64,000 bases of DNA from Phoronis australis (lineage: Eukaryota > Animalia > Phoronida), in contig NMRA01000458.1 of assembly GCA_002633005.1 (NCBI GenBank), positions 296,872 to 360,871 of the forward strand. Direction: 5' to 3'. This document shows positions 37,501 through 50,587 of this stretch, piece after piece. Numbering within the stretch: the stretch's first letter is position 1; each line of letters starts with the position of its first letter. The position numbers and the translations under genes are program-made. The notes beneath the pieces are model-generated. The model was not told where the DNA came from and did no database searches. It saw only the letters and a list, made by a program, of their open reading frames with translations.

Positions 37501-40500
37501 TGGATTATTTACAAAAGAATTTGAATTATGCAGCATGTCTCTGTTTTTGCACCCATGTACAATACACACACGGCAGTCAGTTAAGACATTATCTTGTGAG
37601 TTTGGAGGGATCACACAAGACCACATCATGGTAATACAAGATTCTATGGCATAAGCGTGCTACTATTCTAAATCTATACCAGCAAAATGGGTGTTATTGA
37701 AAAGTTTTCCTTAGTGAACATGATCAAATGATAATGAGTCATGTTAAAATTTTAACAGCACTTCCCATCAAGACTTATTAGCGGAGTACTGTCAGTAGAT
37801 GAGCACGTCATCTACCTTAAATTTGAATAAGACTACTTAGGTCTCAGTAACTGTCGTCAAACTTTTTGTGGACGTGGCAAAATTTAGAGCTCTTTGAAAA
37901 TCCACACAACTCCGTGAAGGCAGTCTCGTAACACTTAATGTCTTTGACTTAGTGACTGGTGCTTTCAAATACATGTTGAGCTCTGTACAAAATTTGAAAA
38001 ATAGCAAAACCATTGCAAATTCCAAATATGCAAGCTGTTGAAGACAGCATTGGCTCCTGTCAATTGTACCTTCCTCAAAGTTGTTCCAAAATCATAAGAA
38101 AATTTGCTACAGATTTCTAAATATATCCAACAATCTAGACTGTGTTCTTATAAAGAGCAAACCTTTGAGAAGCGTAGGGGCCAAGTCAGCCAACAGTCGC
38201 TCCACCAGGTAAACACTGTTAGAACTCTGGGCTGAGCTACCGACGAAGTGATAAAACAAATGAATGGTGTCCTGAAATAAACCAATGATGGCACATTAAA
38301 TAGATTACAAAGAAGATTTATGACAAGTATGAAATCTCATTAGATAAAACACCTTTTGCGAGGCAAAAAAACAAGGTGAATTTTTGTCCCACTACCCATG
38401 AACCCATGATGTCATGTTACTGCACAGTGGGAATCTGCCTGAGGTTTAAAAGACCTTATTCAAGTTTTCCACATGCAGGGCTATAGATTTTATGCCACAA
38501 GATGGCAATTTTGTCTTACTTTCCCTGCTTAGTTGCGAAACCCTGTCTATTGACAATGGCAAGACGAGACAATGCTTCATTTCAACTTCATTAAGGTAAT
38601 GTAGTGACAAAACTATTCTTGTAATACAGCACTCACCATGAGTAATAAGACAAAATGACAGAATTTGTCATGATGGCAAAAAGCAAACACGTTTTACTTT
38701 AAGTAATCCACCATGACTGGAATTATAGGGACTTCAATGCAAAGCTAGCAGAGTGAAAGTGACACGCTATGACTACGAGTTTACCAAAATGATGAATCAT
38801 TACAGTTCATTTTTCCTGTAAAAGAAGTAAGTTATGAGAGGGGAAACAATTATTTTCAATTACACTTGGCGTCCACTGTAGGTGTAACATGAGACCTCAA
38901 TCAACTTCGAACCTCGGCACGCAGGTAACTTACAACAGCACATACCTTTTTCAACAGTTCTGATGTTACTTTGGCCAGAAGGCTGGTCTTCCCAAACCCT
39001 GCTGGAGCCTTAACCCAAACTGCTGGGCCATCGGCTAATGTCAGCTTCCATTCCTTTCGTTCTGCAATGTCAAACATTGAATGTTCAAGCTTTCTAAGAC
39101 AAAATGCAAATGCGAGAGCCACTCATTAAAAGACTGAGAAGAAACTCTACCAAACTCGATAGCACAAATAGTAATCTAGAGATTAAATTTGTTAGCCTCA
39201 GCATTATCAAATTAGCCCAGGTGTATTGTTTTCTTTGTATTTTATGAAACTTTTTCACAACAAGCAAAATTCAGAAAAAACACAGTTTGCTCACTAGTAA
39301 CACTTATCTCAAACCTTATTTAGTGGCCTCTACTCTAACTCGTACTTAGTGGCCTCCATTCTAACTCATATATCAAACCTTATTTAGTGGCCTCCATTCT
39401 AACTCGTATATCAAACCTTATTTAGTGACCTCCATTCTAACTCGTATATCAAACCTTATTTATTGGCCTCCATTCTAACTCGTACATCAAACCTTATTTA
39501 GTGGCCTCCATTCTAACTCGTACTTAGTGGCCTCCATTCTAACTCATATATCAAACCTTATTTAGTGGCCTCCATTCTAACTCGTATATCAAACCTTATT
39601 TAGTGACCTCCATTCTANATTTAGTGGCTTCCATTCTATTTCTAACTCGTACATCAAACCTTATTTAGTGGCCTCCATTCTAACTCGTATCAAACCTTCT
39701 TTAGTGGCCTCCATTCTAACTTGTATATCAAACCTTATTTAGTAGCCTCCATTCTAACTCATATCAAACTTTATTTAGTGGCCTCCATTTTAACTCGTAT
39801 ATCAAACCTTATTCAGAGGCCTCCCTTCTAACTCGTATCAAACCTTACTTAGTGGCCTCCATTTTAACTCGTATATCAAAAAAGCTTTGTCAAATAACTA
39901 ATAAAAGTATATATTTTCTGAAAGAAAAAAGACCAGGGAATATAATTTTTTTTTGTATTAATCACTATTATCATTATTAAGTTAACACCTCTTTAAGTCA
40001 AAATTTCATTTTTAAGAAAGGTATATTCATAGCAAAATAACCCCTCGGTCAATTTTAATGAAACCTTTTTTAAATGAAAACTTCACCAGTTACCTAAAAA
40101 ACGCTGTTAGGAATTTTCGATTAGTAGTCTTTTCGTTTGGTTTCTATGACAAATCAACTTGCAAAACGTAAGGCATATTTGTAAAAAATAGAAGTCATGT
40201 GTCTTTGTTGGACTGCGAAAAAACAAGGCCTTTATATCAAAAATCCTAACAGCATTGTTGAGATTGATGAATAAATATTAAATTTGGAATGTTTCTGTGA
40301 AATCATGTTAGCTATTTCAACATTCACTTGCAATGTCAACTGGATTTGCAGAGCGTAATTAACTTATCATTAAAACGTACTATCCCCACCACGAGGTGGG
40401 ATCAAAAGTAGGTCACAGTTCATTGTTATACACATAGTCTGTGCATATCACGAGGCGGAGACTGATACGAAACCAAGTAAGAAATGGATAACAAATATCG

Positions 40501-43500
40501 TGTCAGTGGTTAAAGCATATCATTAACATGAGATCGAAACAGCAAAACATCAATTTATTAATTAAATAACAGAACTTGGGTGAGGATTTACCTCTTTTCA
40601 CAATTTGCTGTGTTCATGACCACAGAGGCGTGAAGTGACTTGTAGCATTCGTTCTCATTGTTTGTATGCATACAGACACACAACTCCCTCAGGATAAAAA
40701 CTATGTTTCGTATTAGTTTTCCCAGGCACCATTCTACCATACGTACAACTCGGTGACTCAATATTATGGCAACTCGGTGAATGAAAGAACTGAGGGCACA
40801 TACGAAGCTGCTCTGCACCTGGTGGGAGATTCGATTTGAGTGACAGCCCTGTAACCTTTGACCTCGGATAAGTAGTATTTTGTAAAACAAATATCCATGC
40901 GCTTGTGCGGTTCCAAGTTGGTTTTGCTAAATCTTTTTTTCTCGCTACACGGTATATATTTTGTATTTGAAGTTCCCCGAGAATGAAAAAAGGTATTTTG
41001 CTAGACATGTGAAATATTGTAAAAATGGCCAATTTTTGTGAATAAGGTTTCAGATAACCTTTAAAGTAACATTTTGATAAAAGAAATAAACACAGAACAT
41101 TGATGTGTGCCAACAGTGTGCATCACATACGGCACATTATACAAAGGATGACCATTATTTCCACAAGAGGGAGCAACTTTATTAAATTTGAAAATGCCTT
41201 CAAGTGATTTAGCGAAAAGGGAGACAGACTCAAAAACAGACATAAAATATTAAAAATGGCAACTAGGGGTCGCAGAATATGTTGAATCTATTCGAGAGCA
41301 GAAAAGGTGTTGCGAAATTTCATGCACCTCTTTTAACTGAAATTGCCAGAAGGGAGCACAGCGATTGTCGACTCAGTCTGAAAATTTGCTCATGTCATCT
41401 GATCCATGATAGGAACATGTCTGGAAATCTTCAACTTCCATCAAGGAGTTTTGGAGATACAGCAGCAGACACAAAACAAAAAGTACAAGGTCCCAAAATA
41501 AGCCATCATAGACATTACCAAGCTATAAAATTTCATGTAATTTAACATCTCATTCCAAAACATAATGAAACTGGTAAACATATATTCATTTAAAAATGTA
41601 GAAAATGGTCTTGGTATACTACAGCACATCAACTGGGCAAAAAAAATCAAGCAAACCTACCATTTTCTGTGAGCAGTTGTTCATTGTCAACTCCATGGGG
41701 GGCGTCATAGGTCATGTCACCACAGGCAAACTCTATCAACTTATTAAGCTCCGACTCTAAACCACAGACACACTCGGAATGTTTATTGACATACAGCTTC
41801 TGAAGTTCACACTCTGAAAAGCAAATAAATCACAATGTGGTTTGTAATGAACTGATGGTACAGCACAATCTTTTACCATATTATAACTGATGTGTTTTGG
41901 ATGAATATGCACTTATAACCAATTACCTCGTAAAACCACACATATTACTTTGCAAAATGTTTGTGACAGAAAACAGACTTATTGTAATATTTAATTACAG
42001 TTACAGGCAATGACTCGTTGTCACACCTTGTTCGGATGAATCCAGGTCTTTCACATTAGCTTGGTCAGGAAATTTCTTTAAAATGGCATTTTTGAAAAAT
42101 TCCAGCACCCTTTTACCAAATTCTTCCAACCCAGACAGATTAACCTGAAAACAAAAGAACCAATCAACACTCAACACTGATATAACATACCAATACATGG
42201 CCACATCAACACTGATATTACATACCCATACATGACCTCCATGATAGCAAGTAACAGCATATGTTCACGAAAACAACAACGGATTTAAAACTTGACATGT
42301 TTCGGTGTCATTTATTAAACACCATCCTCAGAAGTCATAATACAGTGGCCACCTAGCTAGGCCCAGCAACAAGTAATGAATACATGACCACAGTAAAGAA
42401 GGTTATTCTAAATGTAGATCATCTGGTCAGAAGCTACTCATAAAATATTGTCAACATTATCATTCAGCAAACAATTTTGCCAACCAAATGAGTATTGCCA
42501 GTAAGCCTAAATGAACCATGATGTCTTCTCACTTACTCTGTTTTTCGTTCAACTTGTCGTTCTCGAGTTATTAGGCTGTGAGATACCAACTGACCAATGC
42601 AAACGCTACGAGATGTCATACAACCTTATCAATCCATAACTACATTTTTCTGATAATATACCGTAAGACAATTCCACCTAAACATCAATATGTCATCAAT
42701 CTCAGGAAAATAGATATTCCATCTACTTTTACACCATCTCAGCGCATTGACCATCTACCTTTTCCTGACCCGTAGTTCTCTCCTCAGTCCCTGTTACTTT
42801 GCACTTGTAGTGAAACACTTGGCCAGGAAACCTTTCAACCAGCTTCTCCTTCAAAGTCTGAAATCCAAAGACGTGAACAAAAGTGTATTTCCCAAACATA
42901 ACTGAAACACAAGCAGAAATGTAGCATTTAATATGACCATCGCAAACATCTCATGATGCAAAATAGATGTGTAGCAATCTTAGGGACTTTAAGGACTATA
43001 AACTGGACATGCAATGATCACCAATTTTAGTAGGCAAATGTCTTTATTCGTTAAGCAACTCTTTACACCATCAGCTAATGATTATGGGCATAAAATCAAA
43101 TGTCGTCCACCGAACACAGATTTGTAGTATGTTCGGTATGTTCAAAGTTGCATTGTACGCCATTTGAACTTGAACACCTAACCTCATGTGAAAGAAATAT
43201 GTGGCAAGTAAGCTAACGTGTGTTTTCAAAAACCAACAAAACTAAGGTAACATATTTATCTACAGCTCAACAGGAAGTTGTCGGAACAGTCCAAAAATGG
43301 ATTAGTGATGCTATCTTCTGTATCAAATCCCACGCCAAGCTCCAAACACAAAATGCAAATAAGGGCTCGATTTTCGTCAGAAAACACTTAACACTGAACT
43401 GCGAAAGAGTCCAAAGTATACGTTAGGTAACAGACAGGCATGAGCTAAATCTGAACAAAATCTCAAAAAAATGTACAGAAGCTAGAGCGATGACAAGCAA

Positions 43501-46500
43501 AATCATGACGGACAACAGCGACTGACTGATAATGGACCATGTGCCAAGAATGCATCGTAAGCACAGCCATCTAAAAATAGGTGCATAAAAAGGCCAGTAT
43601 TTCAAACTCCACAACAAAGTCCAAAGGATTCTTCAGTAGCCACACACAAGCCAAAGTTTTTGTTTTCTGTCTCAGGTCATCAGTATTCAAGTGTCAGACA
43701 TGGACAGCACATGCCTAAGTTATGAACCACATCCATTCATACAGAACAGCTTTTTCCATGAAGAAGTGCAATTACCTTCAAATGTAACTTTGCTACTTCA
43801 TCTTGTTCTGTAAAATCCTTCACAAACTGTGGCGGCAGGTCCTTGACAAAGTCAGGAGATCGGAATAAAAAGGCTGCATTAGGATTCTGTGATCTGAAAA
43901 CAAAGAAAAGCTCATCATGAGCCTCGTAAAGGTGCATTGTGGGTAACTCAGTTGTGCACTTCTAAATTGCTTGGAATAGAGCATAATGCAGTTTGCAAAA
44001 CATCCTTCAATAAGCTTCTGTGGTTAATGGATAAACTTGATTGACTTCACTGGTTCCATCAGGTCAACCAGTGCAGAGACTTGTAATGATTGGTTCTTAA
44101 TAACAGTATCTAGCCTTTCAGTTAAGCACATGTCTTGGCAAATTGACCTGACAGACCCAGAGAAGCCAATTAAGTGCAGCCAATGTGTTTGCCTGTGACT
44201 TTCAGGACCTGAATTATATTTTCGGCATTTCAAGAATGCAGGGTTAGTCCCATAAACGTGGTATACAGGCAGAGCTGCTCAGATGGACAACTTTTTCACT
44301 ACAAAAGGCTGTCTTTTAAATCCCTTTTCCAATTAAATTCCCAAAAACTTTGGGAGTTCAAAACTCTAAAAACATTCTTTTTCCACGTTATGAAAATCTA
44401 CAAGAGTTTTGTTATTATGTAATATAAATTTATATATATTTTCAAAACTAGGGCTGCAAAAGATGTTCTCATTTTTGTCAACATCGCATCTCTCTTTGTA
44501 CTCTTTCATGCTTAATAAGACAAAAATAGCTATACAAGAATCCCGACCAGAAAAGGTTAGTACTGCTAGGTTCGTGGAATCAACAACACAAAAGAAGGGC
44601 GGTTCTGGACCAAAACTATGAAAGGATGACTTTTTATGAAAGCTACCTACAAATGGAACATTAATTTCAGTCTATTCTTTAAATAGGTTGGTATCCCAAT
44701 TTTCCAGCTGCCCCATCCCCTCCCCGAGTGCCCTCAGGGTCAAGGCATATGAAATCTGCCATGTCATATGTTAGGAGATTGTGTTTTTCCTGTACCTTGG
44801 GCGAGTTCATACTAGTGCCAGTTTTCATTGTGTTGGAGTTAGCAAGTGTATAATCTCTAATAAGTAGTATTTTGTATCCTTATTTAAGCGGCAAGTTTTA
44901 TTTAGTAACTTGACCTCTAAGTACTTTCATAATTCATGCATTCAGTAAATCTGTCCCCACACCATTAAAAGCACATTAGCCACCAGTCCAACATCACATC
45001 CCCTAACAAAAGTGCCTAATGGGGCAAAACAAGCAAGTTGACATTAGGGCTCGGAATGACCAAAGACAAAAAGAGGAAAATTTTCCAGGTGATGTGTCGT
45101 TCCACAAATAAATAGGCTTGTGTGATAGAAATATTTTTCATGATGTAAAATTTAACTGAAATAAATGTTTATGCATGAATAAAGTAAAAATAAAGATAAA
45201 TAAGAGACAAAAAAGAGGAAACTGGAAATCAAATAAGAGGAAATTGAAACCATAAAGAGGAAATCCTCTTAAAAGAGGAAAATTCCAAGCCCTGCGACAT
45301 TGAGAATGTGGGACACCCAATCACTTTTAGTCATCAGGCACCAGCAAGACCAAATCAATCACCTTCCTTGAAGAAATTAGCATTTGCATGATCAAAGAAC
45401 TTTTGCCCTTAACCTACCTATAAGCAGCACATAGGATCTCCATCTGAGTGACTGAAGAACCAGACACCCATTGGTACAACTGGCATATGTCTTCTGGCAC
45501 ATCTTCATCACTAGGTACCCAGCCGTATCTAGACCATAACAATAACAGAAATTTGAGGTAAATTTTGATAGAGATGAGCCTTGAGACTACCAAACGGTAC
45601 TCAAAATTTAACTCATAAATTGACAAACTGCCATCGCTTATGATGTGATTGGTGAATTAGTTGAGCCACAAACAAAATTAGACGGCATTCAGCCTTGAAG
45701 TAGAATGTAAGTCAGCTGTAAAAAAACACACCATGTTTTAATTGTTTCCAAATCTCAACGGAATTTTAAATATCGAAAATTTCATTCATTTGTTAGAAAC
45801 TATTAGTCTTAGGAATTTGAAAAGAGATTCCTCCACAATCATTTTTCTATCTAAAAACAGAAAATACTTCATTTAAGAAATGACTTTACCCAAAAGAATC
45901 AATGTCAGTAATGACAACTGAAGGATGATAATAGTAATTTAAAACGTAAAAACAAAATACAATATTCTACCTACTAATTATAACCTGCACAAGTAACCAG
46001 CTAGCATTACATATCAGTCATAAGTCAGACATCCCATCATTCCACATTAGACATCAATTGTCAGGCATTATCTCACATTTCCACATCATAGATAAAATTA
46101 ATACCAAGAAGCAACACTGTAAACAAAGAAATTTCATGAAACCTGATGCATCCATTACGCCACCCGGTGGCAACATCGCACCAACTTGCCTTTCACTGAG
46201 CATGTTGAGAAAAAAAGCCTGACCATCAGTCTCTTCCAGACACCGATCAATCTCAGCAAGACACGTGGCTAGAACAACGCGAGATGTGGATTCCGCGGGT
46301 ACACCCCAACGCAGGTCACACTCGACAAGTTGTAGCTTGTAGGACTCGCACCACTCACGTAACTCAGGAATCACCTGCAAAGGACATATACATCATTGTC
46401 TGAGTACATTTACAACAAGACTAACAAAGAGTGGACAAGAAGATACTTTGGCAACAAACTAAGTATTGCTAAGACGGAAACCACAGACAACACTGACAGT

Positions 46501-49416
46501 GCAAAATCCTGGAAGTACTCCGTGAAACCGCACACTACTGCTAAAGTAAAGAGTAGAGAATGGTATGGCAGTTTTTCACATGGTGTAATCGTAGATATTG
46601 AGTCAGCCAAAGAAACTCGTATAAGGCCAATGAGATGAGCTCAAATTCAATTGGCCAGTGACAATGAGAAATGCACCATAACTGTCCAATAGTATTTGTC
46701 TAAGTGAGAAATGCACAAGCAACAACCAATGAGTCATAGAAAGCCTTTACATTCAAATGTATGTTGAGCTGCCAGTAACTCCAATCAGTGTTGTGGGGTG
46801 CATGGAATATTGAAAAACGCACTAAGAAAGCACTTTTTGCCAAGTAAATTTGATATTTCTGAAATGACTGGCCTATCCACTTGAGCGACGGACGACCAGC
46901 CGATAATATTAAGAAAGTGGTCTTCATGTCAAGCAATTTTAAATTTTAAATTTTGCCCGTCTTTTTAAACTCTGCCCATTCCGTTGAACCCAACCAAAAT
47001 AAAATTCTGGCCGTCCAAAAGACAGCGGCTGTATGAACCTGTGCCCCAGCAATGGACATCAAACTAAATCTGAAATTGTAACTACAGAACATGGTGATTA
47101 TAGTAGTTGCAGTGCACGTGCACAAGGACATAGAACTGACAGAGGCTTTGGACTATATGACTGGCCTATGCTGGAAAGGTATTGGTACTTAGCAATTGTT
47201 CCTCATGCCTAAAACCAGTATCAATCGTTATCGACTCATCAAAAAGTGGTAGATTGCCTAAGAAAATATAACATTAACATCGAAATAGCCAAATTTGAAA
47301 GAAACCAAATTTGAATTTACCACTAAATATTTATACGATTGCCATGGCTGTATTTTTATATTATTCAGGGTGGACAGACAGGTTCAAGTGTTTGAAACAC
47401 CCCCAATAAATAACAGTGGTAGAATTAACGCTTTCATTGTATTCTGAATGAGTAAACCCATTGATAAAACTGTAGATCTGTCAAGACTGTATCTGTCCTT
47501 TGAATAATAACCACTCCAGAAAAAATAAACTCTTGAATAGAAATTATGAATGCTCAATTTGATTATGTAATAAGCACATGCAGATTTTAAACACACTTTT
47601 TTTACAAGAAGTTCCCTTTCACAATGAAAATCCCTGAAAGTTGAAGATACGAAGAGTCTGACAATCTGTCGACCAATAATCGGAGGCGATTCAAATTGAG
47701 GCTTCACATAACATTTGCACTGGTCTTCAATGATCTTCCAGCAGCTGTCAACACACGACTGCATGGTTGAATCTAAAAAACAAAGACATGCACAATATAA
47801 TTATGGCACATGTCAACAAATAACTTATTAGGAGGGCAATGACAAATTCAACTCCACGCCATCTTGAAGTCCTTTTAAAGTAGAATATACAGATAGTGGC
47901 TTATAATTGTGGACAGATGTTGTGATTGGCTGATGATCGATTACAGTAGAAAATTACAAGATGTTACTGCACAAGGTGTACAGCATTCACCTGATGCATC
48001 CAAATTTAAATCAGAGCAACAAAAGGTGTTGATATGTGCCCACACTGCACTACAAAAAGTAAGTTTCTTGGGCTGCTCGTCAGTTTCATTTAAGGTACAG
48101 CGAGACAGCAGTTTGACCACAAGCTGCAATAGTCAGGATTGACAAAAAAGAGTTGATACCTTGTCTTTGAAAACTTAATCAAAAACTTTAAAAAATTAAC
48201 AGACATTTTACAACAAAGAACTAAAACATGCTGTAAAGAGACACAGCACTAGGCATTCGTACAATACCAGGTTTAGTCTACTGTTTTTCATAAGAACAAT
48301 CATGACAAGATTTGGCATATATAAAAGTAGACAGACAATGACAGAAAGGGCAAAGTACTATTTAGAAACTGCTCAAAATTGATAGTTGTCATCATCCCGA
48401 AATGAAACAGACACTAGGGTGTGCTGCAATAGTCAAATCACAGAAAAGTCGAATATAGAGAAAAGTGTCTTTTCACTGATGAACTTGCTGTGCACACCTC
48501 TCAGAAACTGTCTAAAGCAGACCACAGTCTTAGCACACCGAGATTATTCACTGTGGTCAACAACACTGTCATAAGAACAGTTGACTAGTGACTAGTACCT
48601 TTTAGTGCTTAACTTAAAACTGATACTTGCTTATGGTGAAAGCATATAAGTATAGCCATAAAAAGCAGTGCAGTAAATAAACATCACAAATATTCCCTTC
48701 TAATCAAAAGTGACACGGAAATTACACTTTTAGAAAAGAACACCACAAAAATTCCCCATTTAGAAGGTACAGGCACCTTTCTCTTCAGGTGAGTGAGGGC
48801 CCTGAATGCAGGGTTAGAGAGCATTCACATAAAATTGGATTGTTGATCAATGATCAATTGCCAAACACAGTCTGATTATCAATTTTGAAATCTGTCAATC
48901 CTATCAGTAGAATTTTTCTTTACAAATTATGCAAACTATACAGTCTAGTAAATTTGTTCTTACACACAAACTTCAGGCACATAGAAGAAGCCTGCACTAA
49001 ACTGTTGTTGTAAGAACCAGTCTTCGGTACAACAGTGCACACGACAGTGGCTTATCTGAATTACAAGGAGTGACAACGAATCTGTTTTCCCATAAATCAC
49101 ATGAAGACAACACCTTTCAATACAAACACTGGTCTTATTGTGGAATATTGCAGTTACCTAGTAACCTTTTAAATTTTTTCAATCAGAATACTGAAGAAAT
49201 CATGTGTGTTTATCATGTGCACTTGAAAGCAACCGTAACACCCACGTGATTATTTGCCAAGAAACTCTTTGACAAAAATCATGAACTTGACCACACCCCC
49301 TTTTGTTTACCTCCGTTAACCGAAGAGCTTGACCTTCCAGACTGAATCTCCAAACTTGATGCAGTAGTAGTTTTCTGTCTCTTCGCTCGACTGACAGCAG
49401 ACGAGATGCTTCCCAT
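31527..49416 (-). CDS. DUF4062-NACHT (TEP1/NWD/NPHP3-like STAND NTPase) protein with N-terminal MGxxxS motif and C-terminal PHF5-like zinc domain; 17 coding exons, 845 aa
   Basis: Exons (-): 49416-49311, 47772-47597, 46374-46190, 45528-45418, 43893-43776, 42857-42759, 42144-42027, 41813-41661, 39061-38946, 38271-38163, 37376-37264, 36145-35945, 35045-34833, 34656-34465, 33652-33498, 32184-32130, 31844-31527. Total 2538 nt, all phases compatible, no internal stops. DUF4062 motifs RLFVSSTFRDFHCERELL, CDLRWGV, ERYGWVP, SVTQMEI; Walker A APAGFGKTSLLA; FYHFVGSS; Walker B IVIILDGLNE; PLWLSIACEELR; FIHTAV. Confidence 0.9.
35602..35709. repeat. 36-bp tandem repeat x3
   Basis: catcagccttgagcttatggctaaccaccaggcctt units. 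Confidence 0.9.
39306..39880. repeat. ~38-bp minisatellite (roughly 14 units, contains gap N at 39618)
   Basis: tatcaaaccttatttagtggcctccattctaactcgta units with shorter variants. Confidence 0.95.
42290..42335 (-). ncRNA. Minimal type I hammerhead ribozyme (Penelope-type) in intron 6 of the NACHT gene
   Basis: Minus strand ACTT-CTGAGGA-TGGTGT-ttaataaatg-ACACC-GAAAC-AT-GTC^AAGT: stem I ACTT/AAGT, CUGAnGA and GAAA cores, stem II GGTGT/ACACC, palindromic stem III ACATGT, GUC triplet. Confidence 0.8.
45045..45294. mobile_element. Short hAT-like MITE remnant
   Basis: Termini TAGGGCTCGGAAT ... ATTCCAAGCCCTG with subterminal aaagaggaaa repeats; target-site duplication imperfect. Confidence 0.4.
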
Positions 49417-50587
49417 ACCTGAAATATTGCATCATCTTCAAGTGAAACAAGATATACCGAGTGTACCAATATACAGGTACATATCGTATGTGCCAAAGCC
49501 CACTTTACAACGACTTGGAGGTCTAAACTGAATCCTTTCTCAGTGAAATAAAAACAAGATAATGATATAAAAAGACAGTGCCGAACATTGCGAGCTTACT
49601 GTAATGCAACAGAGATTGATGCCATTTATTACTCATATCTCAGGGAAAGATTTTGCAAAATGTAACGTTTAGGTCCATCTGATATTTAGGTATACATTGC
49701 TTGAAAGGTACTAGCCTAAGTGACGTGACTTCAGCGGTACAAGTAAGTAAAATGTTTATTTGCTCACATGACCTGGAATGTGTTACGACATGACTGGTTA
49801 ATAACACCGAGTACGTAATTTTTTATATTACATGGGCAAATCACAAAGTAGAGATCCATACGCCTTACATTTTATCGTCCGCAAAACACCAAGCAACCAA
49901 ACACGCGCAAACCAAACAATGCCGGAATTCTGAGAAGGTGACAAGGCCGTCATTGACATGCAAACAACTTCTTAAAAGGACCCATCTTCGGCGGCAAATT
50001 CCATATCCACGTTCATTCAAACGAAAAAGAGCCCCAACTAAAGAGACTATCTAGCTGTGCTGTCTGAAGGTCAATTCAGTGCTCACGAACTGGGAAGCCT
50101 TGCTGACTGTTATTTATAAACATTTTTGGGTTTTAATATTACAACTTCAAAGACTATTTATTAGATTTTAACTTGAATATTTGCTACAAAAGCTGAATGC
50201 AATTCAAAATTGTTAAGCTTAAAATAAAACTATTAACAAAAAGTAACTGAATTACTTTACATTGCACAACCGTGTTTTTACAAAAGTTGCATCATGTGGT
50301 TGAAAGTTTTAGACACGTCAAGTTTTTCAACAAAAAAGAACATTTGTAAGGTTCATGTGAGAAAACAAATCCTACACTCGTCTCAGATTTATGACATGGG
50401 CAAAACCTCATCAAAATTTCGTCAAAATCCCTCCGCAAGTCTCAGGATTTTGACAAAATTTCCAAAAGGTTTTGTCCATGTCATAAACCTGAGACTCAGC
50501 ACTTGACATTCTTGCTTCATGAAATTTGAAAATCTACTGTGAAAAGTAACAATATCACAAAACAATTTCATCAAACACGAGATTGGT

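Noticed and set aside
39306-39880. Regular ~38-bp repeat array resembling CRISPR
   Set aside because: No unique spacers, no cas genes, located in a eukaryotic intron; an ordinary minisatellite.
40588-41113. 100-152 aa minus-strand ORFs in NACHT intron 8
   Set aside because: No recognisable motif; exons 8 and 9 already join in phase without them.
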